Assembly: GCA_963804635.1 (NCBI GenBank)
Contig: CAWDRK010000044.1
Coordinates: 150,131 to 214,130 of the forward strand
Length of the DNA: 64,000 nucleotides
Source: Candidatus Acidiferrales bacterium
GTDB taxonomy: Bacteria; Acidobacteriota; Terriglobia; Acidiferrales; UBA7541
Direction of reading: 5' to 3'
Within the stretch, counting starts at the first letter, position 1. Every line of letters starts with the position of its first letter. Shown here piece after piece: positions 10,137 through 20,314 of this stretch. Both the position numbers and the translations under genes were made by a program. The notes under the pieces were generated by a model that was given only the letters and a program-made list of their open reading frames with translations, searched no databases and was not told where the DNA came from.

Positions 10137-12368
10137 TTGCTGAAGCACTTTCGCGCAGCCGTTTTGTTCCTCGCTTTGCCCTTCCTGGTACTGGTGACGC
10201 TGGTTCCCACGCTCGCGCAAACAGCGCCCGCGCGCCTAACGAGCGAGTGGATTTTCAGTGACGATGGTGAGCGTCTTGCCGAGGTCCCCCAGTTTACGTG
10301 GCTTGCCGATAATTCAGCAATGCTGTACGACGTTCGCCAGCCGGAAGCGCAACGCACCTACGAGCGACTCGATCCCGCAACGGGCGAGCGCCATCCCATG
10401 CTCGACATGCATAAGGCCGTTGCCTCCCTGCTCGCCGTCGACACTTCCGCCGAGGTTCAGCAGGCTCTTCCGTGGCCCGAGGCTTTCGACGCTACCGGGC
10501 ACCAGGCAATCTTTTTGTTTCACGGCGATATCTTTCTTCTGGATCTTCCTTCTTCCAGCTTTTTGCGCGTCACCAACACGCCCGCCGAAGAAAAAGATGT
10601 GCAGTTTTCCCCGGACGGCCATTTTCTTGCCTTCGTGCGTTCCAACGACCTCTACCTGTTCGACATCGCCGCAAAAACAGAATCGCGGCTCACCTCCGAC
10701 GGTTCCGACAAGCTCCTGAATGGCACACTCTCCTGGGTTTACTGGGAAGAAATTTTCGGGCGTCGCGACATCGCCTACTGGTGGTCTCCCGATTCACGCT
10801 CCATTGCGTATCTGCAGACTGACGAGACCGGCGTACCGGAAAGCACGTTCGTTGATTTCCAGCCCGTCCACGAACGCATCATCCAGCAGCGCTATCCAAA
10901 GGCCGGTGACGAAAATCCGCGCGTCCGCGTGGGCGTCTTGAACATCTCTGCTCCGGAAACGCACTGGATCAATCTCAGCCAAAAGCCCTTCGAATGGATT
11001 TTGCGCGTGAAGTGGCTGCCGGATTCACAACGCGTCAGCGTGCAGACCATGACGCGCCCGCAAACCGAGAGCTACCTGTTCTTTGCCAATGTCAAATCCG
11101 CCGAAACGAAGCTAATCCTCACCGAAAGCGATGCCTACTGGGTCAACGTCACCGATGATCTGTTCTTCCTTCCAGACGGCAAACATTTCCTGTGGGCCTC
11201 GGAGCGCGACGGTTTCATGCATCTTTATCGCTTCAACATGGACGGCTCGCTGGTCAATAAAATCACCGCGGGCGATTGGGCCATAGCTTCTTCCGGCGGC
11301 GTTGCCTATTGGGTTCGCCAGGCCGTCGTGGGCATGGATCGCCAGAACGACTGGATCTACTTCACTTCTCTTAAGGACTCTTCCATCCAACGCAATCTCT
11401 ACCGCATCAAGGCGGATGGCTCTGGCCTCGCACGCCTGTCGTCCGAACCCGGAACGCACGGCGTTTCCATGTCTCCCAACGGCAAATTCTATTTCGACAA
11501 TTTTTCCAACGCTCGGACTCTTCCTGCCCTGCGCCTGCACTCGGCTGACGGCAAGCTTCTGCAAACACTCGCTGTACCACGCCCGGAACTTCTTCCCGCG
11601 GGAATTCAGTACCCCGAATTCCTCACTGTTCCGGCTGCCGATGGTTTCGCCATGCCCGCGGCAATCCTGAAACCCGCCGACTTCCGTCCCGCGCGCAAGT
11701 ATCCCGTGATCCTCTATGTGTACGGCGGCCCTTCCGCGCCTTCCGTCCTGGATGCCTGGAGTACGAGCGACCTGCTGACCGATCAGTTGCTGCTAGAGGA
11801 CGGGTTCGTTCTCATCACCATCGATAACCGCGCGGCGACCGCCATCAGCAAGAAACTGGAGAACACCATTCCGGCCAATCCCACGGCTTCAGAAACCGAC
11901 GACTTGGTCGCCGGCATTCGCTGGTTCAAGTCTCAGCCTTGGGTCGATCCCGCTCGCTTCGGGGTCTGGGGCTGGAGCGGCGGCGGCACCATGACCCTGA
12001 ACATCATGACCCGCTCGAAGGAAATCAAGGCCGGCATCTCCGTGGCCCCGGTCACGGATTGGCATTACTACGATTCCAAATGGGCCGAATCGCTCATGAA
12101 GCTGCCTTCGAGCAACGGAGAAGGCTACGATCGCATTTCGCTCGTCAAACACGCGAGCGATCTGTCAGGCCATTTGCTGATTGTCTACGGCACGTACGAC
12201 GACAATGTGCACCCGCAAAACGAGCAGGCCTTCAGCAATGAGCTCATCGGCCACAATATTCTGTTCGAAACGATGCTTTACCCCATGCGCAAGCACGGCA
12301 TCGCGGATCGCCCGGCGAGCATCCATCTGTACCGCACCATGCGCGTGTTCTGGCAAAAAAATCTCTAG
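10137..12368 (+). CDS. Dipeptidyl peptidase IV, S9B family, secreted
   Basis: Signal peptide, WVYWEEIF, YPKAG, VYGGP, GWSGGG nucleophile, DDNVH, C-terminal His; AAGGAG before TTG 10137. Confidence 0.92.
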   Translation: MLKHFRAAVLFLALPFLVLVTLVPTLAQTAPARLTSEWIFSDDGERLAEVPQFTWLADNSAMLYDVRQPEAQRTYERLDPATGERHPMLDMHKAVASLLAVDTSAEVQQALPWPEAFDATGHQAIFLFHGDIFLLDLPSSSFLRVTNTPAEEKDVQFSPDGHFLAFVRSNDLYLFDIAAKTESRLTSDGSDKLLNGTLSWVYWEEIFGRRDIAYWWSPDSRSIAYLQTDETGVPESTFVDFQPVHERIIQQRYPKAGDENPRVRVGVLNISAPETHWINLSQKPFEWILRVKWLPDSQRVSVQTMTRPQTESYLFFANVKSAETKLILTESDAYWVNVTDDLFFLPDGKHFLWASERDGFMHLYRFNMDGSLVNKITAGDWAIASSGGVAYWVRQAVVGMDRQNDWIYFTSLKDSSIQRNLYRIKADGSGLARLSSEPGTHGVSMSPNGKFYFDNFSNARTLPALRLHSADGKLLQTLAVPRPELLPAGIQYPEFLTVPAADGFAMPAAILKPADFRPARKYPVILYVYGGPSAPSVLDAWSTSDLLTDQLLLEDGFVLITIDNRAATAISKKLENTIPANPTASETDDLVAGIRWFKSQPWVDPARFGVWGWSGGGTMTLNIMTRSKEIKAGISVAPVTDWHYYDSKWAESLMKLPSSNGEGYDRISLVKHASDLSGHLLIVYGTYDDNVHPQNEQAFSNELIGHNILFETMLYPMRKHGIADRPASIHLYRTMRVFWQKNL

Positions 12369-12382
12369 CTCGCAGAAACTTC

Positions 12383-13093
12383 ATGGCAACAATTTCCATC
12401 GCTCCCGACGACCGGCTTTTTATTCTCACCGGGGCCGGCATCAGCGCCGAGAGCGGCATTCCGACGTTTCGCGATGCGGGTGGCCTGTGGCGGAAATATC
12501 GCATCGAGGAAGTTGCCTCACCTCACGCCTGGCGCCGTGATCCGCGACTGGTCTGGGATTTCTATTCCATGCGCCGCCGCGCCGCTTCCGCGGCCAAGCC
12601 GAATCCCGGCCACGTGGCCCTCGCGGCGTTGCAGCTGACGCTCCATGATCGCGTGTTCCTCTGTACGCAAAATGTTGACAATCTTCACGAGCTGGCCGGC
12701 TCCCAGCGCGTTCTTCATATGCATGGAGAACTGTTCAAAAGCCGTTGCGATTCCTGCCGCACGCCGCCGTTCGACGACGCCACTCTCTACGAATCACCCG
12801 CGGATTTGCCCCGCTGCGCTTGCGGCGCGCTGATTCGTCCGCACATCTGCTGGTTCGGCGAAACTCCCTTCCATCTCGACCAAATTTTCGCCGCGCTTCG
12901 CGAGTGCACGGTGTTCCTCGCCATCGGCACTTCCGGCACAGTAGAGCCCGCCGCCAGCTTCGTCTCGCAAGTTGCCGCTCGCGCCAGAAGCTTTTATGTC
13001 GGCCCGGAAGCGCCGGCCAACAGCGCGGTCTTCGACGATTGCATCCTAGGAAAATCCGGGGAACTTCTCGGCGCTCTGTTCACGCTTGGCTGA
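12383..13093 (+). CDS. cobB: NAD-dependent protein deacylase (sirtuin, class III-like)
   Basis: TGAGISAESGIPTFRD, FYSMRR (YxxR), TQNVDNLH, HMHG, two Cys pairs, RPHICWFGE, GTSG. Confidence 0.92.
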   Translation: MATISIAPDDRLFILTGAGISAESGIPTFRDAGGLWRKYRIEEVASPHAWRRDPRLVWDFYSMRRRAASAAKPNPGHVALAALQLTLHDRVFLCTQNVDNLHELAGSQRVLHMHGELFKSRCDSCRTPPFDDATLYESPADLPRCACGALIRPHICWFGETPFHLDQIFAALRECTVFLAIGTSGTVEPAASFVSQVAARARSFYVGPEAPANSAVFDDCILGKSGELLGALFTLG

Positions 13094-13147
13094 TGCTCCC
13101 ATCTTTACCCGATGGTCCGCACCGCGCTTCCGGGGCATCATCTGATA

Positions 13148-13615
13148 ATGGCGATTTCTATAAATCCGGATTCTCAAGGGTCGCGCAAATCACCCTGGAA
13201 AAACCCCTTCCTTTATTCCGGGGCTGTTCTGGCATGCGTGGCCATCTACATCGGTTTCGTTTTGCTCACGCGCTATCAATCCAACCGCGATTTCGAACGC
13301 CGCGATGCGGCGCAAAAAGCCGAACAGCAACGCGCGGACGATCGACGCGCCGTCGAGCAACTGGGCGGATCGGATCTTGCTATCCGTTCTCTTTACCTTT
13401 CGCCGGGGCTGATTCATCGCGGCGAAAAAGCGCAGCTTTGCTACGACGTCGCCAACGCGAAAACTGTCACGCTCGACCCTCCCGAGGGCCAAGTGTGGCC
13501 CTCCCACTCTCGCTGCGTGGATCTCGCGCCCCCCAAGACCACCACCTACACGCTGACGATTAGCGATGCCAGCGGGAAGACGGCCGCCGAAAGCGTGGAG
13601 CTGCACGTCCATTAG
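13148..13615 (+). CDS. Hypothetical membrane-anchored protein with C-terminal Ig-like beta domain
   Basis: N-terminal TM helix, coiled segment, C-terminal PPKTTTYTLT with a Cys pair. Confidence 0.65.
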   Translation: MAISINPDSQGSRKSPWKNPFLYSGAVLACVAIYIGFVLLTRYQSNRDFERRDAAQKAEQQRADDRRAVEQLGGSDLAIRSLYLSPGLIHRGEKAQLCYDVANAKTVTLDPPEGQVWPSHSRCVDLAPPKTTTYTLTISDASGKTAAESVELHVH

Positions 13616-13709
13616 GCCCTGCGTGCGCGTCTGTAAGTATTCGCATTATCAGTCACTTGCAGGTGCCTGGGTGGGCCCAATTTTCGCCGTGCTTCCAGGC
13701 GCTTCCCTC

Positions 13710-13739
13710 TTGTTCCTGCATTTCGCTAGCCCTTATAAT
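13710..13739 (+). promoter_or_regulatory. Putative sigma70 promoter of greA
   Basis: TTGTTC (13710-13715), 18-nt spacer, perfect TATAAT (13734-13739) in GC-rich DNA. Confidence 0.6.
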
Positions 13740-13745
13740 ATGAGC

Positions 13746-13783
13746 ACGCGGAGTCCGGCCAGGCTGGGCTCCGCGTCATTTTT
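13746..13783 (+). terminator. Terminator-like hairpin in the greA leader
   Basis: acgcggagtccggc-cag-gctgggctccgcgt, 14-bp stem with 2 G:U pairs, followed by cattttt. Confidence 0.6.
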
Positions 13784-13800
13784 CTCTATAGCGGAAAATT

Positions 13801-14280
13801 ATGTCTGATCCTCTTGCGGCAATTAAGAAGAAGCTTCAGCAGGAAATCGATTCGCTGGAACACGAACTCAGCGTCGAACTTCCCAAGGAGATCGCCGTGG
13901 CGCGCGCGCATGGCGACCTTTCGGAGAATGCCGAGTACAAGTTCGCGAAGGAACGCCAGGGATATGTGAACGCCAAAATCGGTCATCTCAAAAAGCGTAT
14001 GGGCGATCTTGGCATGCTCAATCTGACCAATATTCCTCGGGACCGAGCCGGTTACGGCTCGCGCATCGTGGTCCTCGACACCCAGCGCAGCATCGAGGTC
14101 GAGTACAAGCTCGTCAGCACAGAAGAGGCGGACGTCGATAAAGGACTCATTTCCACGACTTCTCCCATCGGTCGCGCTTTGCTGAATCGCAAAGTCGGCG
14201 ACGAAGTGCAGGTCGCTACGCCCGCTGGGAAAAAGGAATTTGAGATCGTGCGTCTGGTGACCATTCACGAAGGAGCTTAA
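13801..14280 (+). CDS. greA: Transcription elongation factor GreA
   Basis: ARAHGDLSENAEY, ISTTSPIGRAL, TPAG. Confidence 0.95.
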   Translation: MSDPLAAIKKKLQQEIDSLEHELSVELPKEIAVARAHGDLSENAEYKFAKERQGYVNAKIGHLKKRMGDLGMLNLTNIPRDRAGYGSRIVVLDTQRSIEVEYKLVSTEEADVDKGLISTTSPIGRALLNRKVGDEVQVATPAGKKEFEIVRLVTIHEGA

Positions 14281-14310
14281 TTCCTTCCGCTCAGCCCGCG
14301 GAGAGGTGCG

Positions 14311-14634
14311 ATGTTCTATTGGGGTTCAGGACCGGCTCTCGGCCTTCTGACGTTTCTCGGGTACTTTGTCTTTGTCATCGGGGCCATCTATCTTTGGCGC
14401 TATCGCGAAGAGCTTTCCTACTGGATGGAAGACGAATTCTCCCTGCTGCGCAGAAGTCTTTCACGCTACGTGCCCTCGGGGCCTTTCTATGAACGTCGCA
14501 GCCAGTCGCGTCTTCGCGTGATCCCCTCCACGGTGTTTCACTCTGTCACGAAACTGCCTCAGCGACGTTTTTCCTGGGGCGCCGCTCTTCTTTTCCTCGG
14601 CGTGTTCCTCTTTTTCCTGGATTTTTTCGTCTGA
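14311..14634 (+). CDS. Hypothetical small membrane protein
   Basis: GGAGAGG RBS; N- and C-terminal hydrophobic helices. Confidence 0.65.
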   Translation: MFYWGSGPALGLLTFLGYFVFVIGAIYLWRYREELSYWMEDEFSLLRRSLSRYVPSGPFYERRSQSRLRVIPSTVFHSVTKLPQRRFSWGAALLFLGVFLFFLDFFV

Positions 14635-14683
14635 TCTAGGTGCCCGGTCGCGGGCGGGCGCAAGGTTTCACATTGATTCTTTA

Positions 14684-14756
14684 AATGTAGCGCTGATTTC
14701 ATGCCCGCTCGGAGACAGGCGCATCGCAACCTAGCATAAAAGCTAGCGCTACATTT
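14684..14756. repeat. Inverted GTAG-type REP pair (REPIN-like), family B
   Basis: aaatgtagcgctgatttcatgc ... gcataaaagctagcgctacattt; 12-bp perfect terminal inverted repeat. Confidence 0.75.
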
Positions 14757-14816
14757 GAGACCAAAACCCCTGGTGTTGCTTGATAACGGATCGCTGATAT
14801 CTGATATCTTTCTCCC

Positions 14817-15713
14817 ATGCAACCCTCGCTCATTGTTCACGGAGGCGCCTGGGATATTCCGGATGACGCGGTCGTCGCCTGTAACGTGGGCTGCCAGAAC
14901 GCCCTGCGCGCCGGCTGGGCCATACTCTCCAAAGGTGGCTGGGCTCTCGACGCCGTCGAGGCCGCCATCATGGTGCTGGAAGACGATCCCGTGTTTGACG
15001 CGGGCTTCGGTTCACACTTGAATCTCGATGGCCACGTCGAGTGCGACGCTATCGTCATGGATGCTACTACTCTCCGCGCGGGGTCGGTCGCCGGCCTGCG
15101 TCGCGTCAAAAATCCCATTCGTGCGGCGCGCGCAGTGCTCGAAAAGTGCCCGCACATGATGCTTATTTCCGAAGGCGCCGAACGCTTTGCCTCCGATCAC
15201 GGTGTCCCGCTTTGCGACCCCAACGAACTGGTCTCCCCCGCCGAGAGCGAGGCGTGGCTGCACTGCCGCAGAGACTCCCATAACGCCGAACATCATCGCG
15301 GCCATGAGCAGGGCACCGTCGGCGCGGTCGCTCTCGATCAGCACGGCCATCTCTTCGCGGGCACTTCCACGGGCGGGACCTGCTGCAAGCTTCCGGGGCG
15401 CGTCGGCGATTCTCCGCTCATCGGTTGTGGTTGCTATGCCGACGCTGAAACCGGTGGTGTCTCCTCCACGGGTTTTGGCGAGGCCATCATGAAAATTGTC
15501 ATGGCCAAAACCGCAGCGGATTTTCTTCGGCCGGCCGGCTCTTCTCCCGCGCGCGCAGCGCAAGCCGCCGTCGAGCTGCTTGCTAAGCGCGGCAAGGGCA
15601 CCGGAGGTGTGATCCTGCTGGACAAAAATGGCACACCCGGTTTCGCCTTCAATACCCCGCGTATGGCCTACGGTTACGTGGCCCCCGACGGTTCCTTCAT
15701 AACCGCCGTGTAG
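14817..15713 (+). CDS. iaaA: Isoaspartyl peptidase / L-asparaginase (Ntn hydrolase)
   Basis: IVHGGA, LEDDPVFDAG, GTVGAVA cleavage site, TSTGG, GRVGDSP. Confidence 0.92.
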   Translation: MQPSLIVHGGAWDIPDDAVVACNVGCQNALRAGWAILSKGGWALDAVEAAIMVLEDDPVFDAGFGSHLNLDGHVECDAIVMDATTLRAGSVAGLRRVKNPIRAARAVLEKCPHMMLISEGAERFASDHGVPLCDPNELVSPAESEAWLHCRRDSHNAEHHRGHEQGTVGAVALDQHGHLFAGTSTGGTCCKLPGRVGDSPLIGCGCYADAETGGVSSTGFGEAIMKIVMAKTAADFLRPAGSSPARAAQAAVELLAKRGKGTGGVILLDKNGTPGFAFNTPRMAYGYVAPDGSFITAV

Positions 15714-15789
15714 CCTCGGCGGTTGTCGGGCAATGCCGCGACTGCTTTGCGGCAACCCTCACAGGTTGGCGTTACCGGAGCTGTCAGCA

Positions 15790-15816
15790 GTCATCCCGAG
15801 CGAAGCGAGGAATCTG
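15790..15816 (+). repeat. REP-like palindrome family A
   Basis: gtcatcccgagcgaagcgaggaatctg, intergenic. Confidence 0.8.
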
Positions 15817-15970
15817 CTTTTCTTTTCCCGCCGCCCCCCGGAAACATTTGATTCCCGGCAGTCATCTCATGTATACCAGCCCAGTTCGGAAAAGGGCGGT
15901 GGGGAGCGGGGCGCCGGCTCTTGATCACTCGAGGCACCTTGCCGCGTCAGCATCCTTCGGGAGAACCGCT

Positions 15971-17456
15971 ATGACGGATCGCATTTCGAGACGCCACTTC
16001 TTGCAGACCGGCGCGACCACCGCGGCGTTTTTCCTTTCTCCGCAAAATTCCGCCTTTGGGGCTTCCTCCGATACGCCGCCCGCCGAAGCAGCGGACTACA
16101 CGCTGCGCATCAAGGCTGCCGCCAATCGAGATCGCGCCAAAGCATATTTTTTCCACGATCACATACAACGGTCAGTTCCCCGGGCCGCTTCTTCGGTTCA
16201 AGGAAGGCAGCCCCACGATCGTCGACGTCTTCAACGACACCGACACTCCCGAACAGTTGCACTGGCACGGGCAGCGTGTCTCCACGGACGTGGATGGAGC
16301 CGCCGAGGAAGGTACTCCGTTCATCCGCGCTCACGGCATGCGCCGCCTCTCGTTCACGCCCAATCCCTCGGGCCTTCGCTTCTATCACACGCACAATCGC
16401 GCCGGCGCCGATCTGGCCGCGGGACAATACTCCGGTCAAGTCGGCCCGGTGTATATTGACCCGAAAGATGAGCCCGGACGCTTCGATCAAGAGGTCTTTC
16501 TGGTCCTGAAGGAATTTGCGCCGACCTTCAGCCACGGCGGCGACATGGCACAGGATTTTCTTTCCCCCGCAACTCGCGTGAAATCTCTCGAAGAAGCTGG
16601 CGAGTCCGCCATGAAGGCTTCGCTCGCGAAAGGCACGCCACACGGCTACGAAGTCGGCTATGCGTGGTTCACAATCAATGGCCGGATGCTCGGTCACGGC
16701 GAACCGGTTCGCGTGCAGCAAGGGCAGCGCGTGCTCTTCCACATCCTGAATGGCAGCGCCACGGAAATTCGCAGCCTCGCGCTCCCGGGACACGCTTTCC
16801 AGGTGCTGGCGCTGGACGGAAATCCTGTGCCCAACCCCGTGCGCGTCCCGGTGCTTTGGCTGGGCACTGCGGAACGAATCTCAGCAATCGTCGAAATGAA
16901 TCATCCCGGCATTTGGATTTTGGGCGACCTCGCTGACGACGACCGGCGCCACGGTATGGGTATTGTGGTCGAATATTCCGGCCGTACCGGGAAACCCGTT
17001 TGGCTCGCCCCGCCTGGCTTCCAATGGAACTATGCGCGTTTTGCAAAACCCGATACCGCCCCTGCTTCGCCGGACGAAACATTCGAAATGGCTTTCGCGA
17101 AGGACAACGCCGCCGAAGAAGGCTTCAATCGCTGGTCCATCAATGGCATCGCCTTCCCCATGACCCGTGAGGTGGTTCCTGCGGCCTTTCATCTGAAGCA
17201 AGGCAAACGCTACCGCCTCCGCATGCACAACGCCAGCGACGATATCCATCCCATGCACCTTCATCGTCACAGCTTTGAGCTGACGCGCCTTGCCGGCACG
17301 CCGAGCGCCGGCATTTTCAAAGACGTGGTGATGCTCGGAGGTTATCAGGAAGCGGAAATCGATTTCGTTGCCGACAATCCGGGCCTCACTCTGTTCCACT
17401 GCCATCAACAGCTTCATATGGATTTTGGATTTATGACTCTCTTCGACTACCGTTGA
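15971..17456 (+). CDS. Tat-exported multicopper oxidase with one apparent +1 frameshift near 16119 (sequencing error or pseudogene)
   Basis: SRRHFL Tat motif from ATG 15971; HWHG, YHTH, HPMHLH, HCHQQLHMDFGFM in another frame; removing one C gives LRIKAAPIEIAPK. Confidence 0.85.
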
Positions 17457-17549
17457 TCCGTCTCATCTTCTGCCCGCGACCGATCAATTCCTGTTGGAAG
17501 AGTCCGCAAGAGCAGTACTATCTTTTGGGCATTCTGCACGGGTGAAAAA

Positions 17550-19628
17550 TTGAAAGCTTTGACGCTCTTTGCGCTTGCGCTGTTGTTCGCCGCTTCTGGT
17601 TTGGCCCAGGGCAATCGCGATTGGCCGGTCTACGGTGGCGCGCCGGAGAACAACCACTACTCCAGCCTGGCGCAAATCAATCGCGGCAATGTGAAACAAC
17701 TTCAGGTTGCCTGGAGTTTCGATACCGGGGAAGAAGGCGGCCTGCAAACCAGCCCCATTATTGTTGACGGCGTGCTCTATGGCATCACCCCCAGGCAAAA
17801 AGTCTTCGCGCTCAATGCCGCTACCGGCGCCCTCCTGTGGAAATTTGATTCCGGCATACGTGGCACGCAACCCGACCGCGGCTTGGCCTACTGGTGTGCT
17901 GGCAACGACAAGCGAATTCTCGTTGGGGTAATGCATTTTCTGTACGCGCTCGATGCCGCCACCGGCAAACCTGTTCCTTCATTCGGGCAAGCAGGGCACA
18001 TCGATCTACGCGAACAGCTTGGCCGCGAACCTGCTTCCGCACAGTCCATCAGTCTCACTAGTCCGGCCGTTGTTTACAAAGATCTGGTGATCGTTGGCGG
18101 CCGGAATCCCGAGACTCTTCCCGCTCCTCCTGGTGACATTCGTGCTTTCGATGCCCGCTCTGGCAAACTTCGCTGGTCCTTCCACACCATTGCGCATCCC
18201 GGCGAATTCGGTTACCACACCTGGCCGAAGGATGCCTGGAAATCCAGCGGCGCCGCCAACAATTGGGCTGGTATGTCTCTCGATTCCGTGCGCGGCATTC
18301 TGTATGTTCCCACCGGCTCTGCGGCATTCGATTTTTATGGCGCAGATCGTCTTGGCGACGATCTTTTCGCCAACTGCCTGATCGCCCTGAACGCGGAAAC
18401 CGGCAAACGCCTGTGGCATTTCCAGGGTGTCCGTCACGATCTCTGGGATCGCGATTTTCCGTCGCCACCCGTGCTTCTCACCGTGAAGCGCCAAGGCAAA
18501 TCCATTGACGCCGTGGCGCAAACTTCCAAGCAGGGCTTTGTCTATCTTTTCGATCGCACCAACGGCTCTGCACTCTTTCCTATCGTCTACCGCGATTATC
18601 CTCCCAGTAACATTCCCGGCGAGCGCACCGCTCGTCAACAAGGCCTCCCCACCAGGCCCGCGCCGTTTTCGCGGCAGACTCTCAGCGAAGATCTGCTAAC
18701 CAACCGCACGCCCGCAGCCCATCAGCTGGCCCTCGAGAAATTTCATACGTTCCGCAACGCCGGCCAGTTCGTGCCCTTCAGCATCGGCAAAGACACGGTT
18801 GTCTTCCCCGGCTTCGATGGAGGAGCCGAATGGGGGGGCGCCGCCGTCGATCCCGAAACGTCCATCATTTATATCAATGCCAATGACATCGCCTGGACCG
18901 GTGCTCTCGCCAAGAACATCCACGAAGACACCAGCAAATCTCTTTACATGAGCCAGTGCAGCATTTGTCACGCCGATAACCGCGCCGGTTCTCCTCCCAG
19001 CACGCCTTCTCTTCTGGGTGTCAGCGATCGCCTTGCGCCGCAAGCCATCGCCGGGACGATTCAGGATGGCAAGGGCCGCATGCCCGGCTTCCCGAATCTT
19101 TCCGGTGAACAAATTTATGCCTTGGTGGATTTTCTCAGCACCGGTGAAAGCAAGGAATTGGCTAGCATCGTGCCCGAATCAGCCGAGATTCCCTATCACC
19201 TCACCGGCTACAAACGCTTTCTCGATCAAGAAGGTTATCCTGCGGTGGCTCCGCCTTGGGGCACGCTGAATGCGATTGATCTCAATACCGGCGAATATGC
19301 CTGGAAAATTCCTCTGGGCGAATATCCAGAACTCGCTGCTCAAGGCCTCAAAAACTCCGGGACGGAGAATTATGGTGGGCCTATCGTTACCGCCGGTGGA
19401 CTTCTGTTTATTGGCGCCACCAACTACGACAAAAAATTCCGGGCCTTTGACAAATCCACCGGCGCGCTGCTGTGGGAAACTTCTCTGCCGTTCTCCGGCA
19501 ATGCCACGCCAGCCACCTACCAAATCAATGGGCGCCAATTCGTCGTCATCGCTGCCGGTGGCGGCAAGGATTCGCGCTCGCGATCGGGCGGGGTCTACGT
19601 CGCGTTCGCTCTCCCGCAGCCGCAGTAA
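17550..19628 (+). CDS. PQQ-dependent dehydrogenase (glucose-dehydrogenase-like) with inserted cytochrome c domain
   Basis: Signal peptide, WPVYGG, HDLWDRDFP, GGAEWGG, CSICH haem motif with GRMP, PPWG, NYGGP. Confidence 0.9.
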   Translation: MKALTLFALALLFAASGLAQGNRDWPVYGGAPENNHYSSLAQINRGNVKQLQVAWSFDTGEEGGLQTSPIIVDGVLYGITPRQKVFALNAATGALLWKFDSGIRGTQPDRGLAYWCAGNDKRILVGVMHFLYALDAATGKPVPSFGQAGHIDLREQLGREPASAQSISLTSPAVVYKDLVIVGGRNPETLPAPPGDIRAFDARSGKLRWSFHTIAHPGEFGYHTWPKDAWKSSGAANNWAGMSLDSVRGILYVPTGSAAFDFYGADRLGDDLFANCLIALNAETGKRLWHFQGVRHDLWDRDFPSPPVLLTVKRQGKSIDAVAQTSKQGFVYLFDRTNGSALFPIVYRDYPPSNIPGERTARQQGLPTRPAPFSRQTLSEDLLTNRTPAAHQLALEKFHTFRNAGQFVPFSIGKDTVVFPGFDGGAEWGGAAVDPETSIIYINANDIAWTGALAKNIHEDTSKSLYMSQCSICHADNRAGSPPSTPSLLGVSDRLAPQAIAGTIQDGKGRMPGFPNLSGEQIYALVDFLSTGESKELASIVPESAEIPYHLTGYKRFLDQEGYPAVAPPWGTLNAIDLNTGEYAWKIPLGEYPELAAQGLKNSGTENYGGPIVTAGGLLFIGATNYDKKFRAFDKSTGALLWETSLPFSGNATPATYQINGRQFVVIAAGGGKDSRSRSGGVYVAFALPQPQ

Positions 19629-19664
19629 GGATGCGAAACCGGCCGGGGCAGGTTCCTGTGCTTT

Positions 19665-20087
19665 TCAGCGGAACTGCACGCGGCCGTCCGGCGCCACGTG
19701 CCACGCCGGATTCCAGGCGATTTCCCATGCAAATCCGTCGGGATCCGCAAAATAGCCCGAGTAACCGCCCCAAGATGCCTCCCGAGCCGGCTTTAAGATA
19801 GTCGCTCCCGCGGTCGCGGCTCGTTTCAGCAGTGCATCGACTTCGCTCTTCGCGCGCACGTTGTAAGCCAGCGCCACGGCTGCCCGCCCAAATGTTGCCG
19901 GATCGACTTGAAAATCCTCGGCGAGCTTGTCGCGCAGGAAGAGGGCAAAGATCAGCCCGCGGGCTTGAAAAAAGATGATCTCTTTGTCCTCGTACACGGG
20001 TTTCCAGCCAAGGCCATCGACGTAGAATTGCTTCGATGCCACAAGATCTTTCACGCCAAGTGTTACCAGGCTGATTCGCTGCTCCAT
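19665..20087 (-). CDS. VOC/glyoxalase family protein (alternative start 20165 adds a twin-Arg-like leader)
   Basis: RISLVTLGV.DL..S..FY..LGW, WGGYSGYFADPDG..WEIA; AGGAG upstream of 20087. Confidence 0.88.
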   Translation of the reverse strand: MEQRISLVTLGVKDLVASKQFYVDGLGWKPVYEDKEIIFFQARGLIFALFLRDKLAEDFQVDPATFGRAAVALAYNVRAKSEVDALLKRAATAGATILKPAREASWGGYSGYFADPDGFAWEIAWNPAWHVAPDGRVQFR

Positions 20088-20254
20088 GGTCTGAGATTCT
20101 CCTGTCGCAAAAGAGGTTAGCGTTGCCGCTGCTAAGCCCGCCAAAAGCTCTCTTCGAGTGAACATGGTCCAGAACATTAGCCGAATACCCACCCGTGTCT
20201 TGAATAAATCGGACAAGCCGAAATCGAGAATTTAGATGTCGCACAGGCGAATCG

Positions 20255-20288
20255 AAAAGGAAAGGGGCGGCGGAAAAAATGCTGCCCC
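20255..20288 (-). terminator. Intrinsic terminator downstream of porin remnant
   Basis: Minus strand ggggcagc-loop-gccgcccc followed by tttcctttt. Confidence 0.55.
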
Positions 20289-20314
20289 GAGTGGGAATTT
20301 AGCGTTGCCCAGAG

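Noticed and set aside
12383-13093. Sirtuin as an anti-phage (Sir2/Thoeris-type) component
   Set aside because: Canonical CobB with Zn ribbon and housekeeping neighbours; no defence partners
15733-15924. 63-aa ORF containing VIPSEARNL
   Set aside because: Translation of the intergenic REP copy; no RBS or other coding support
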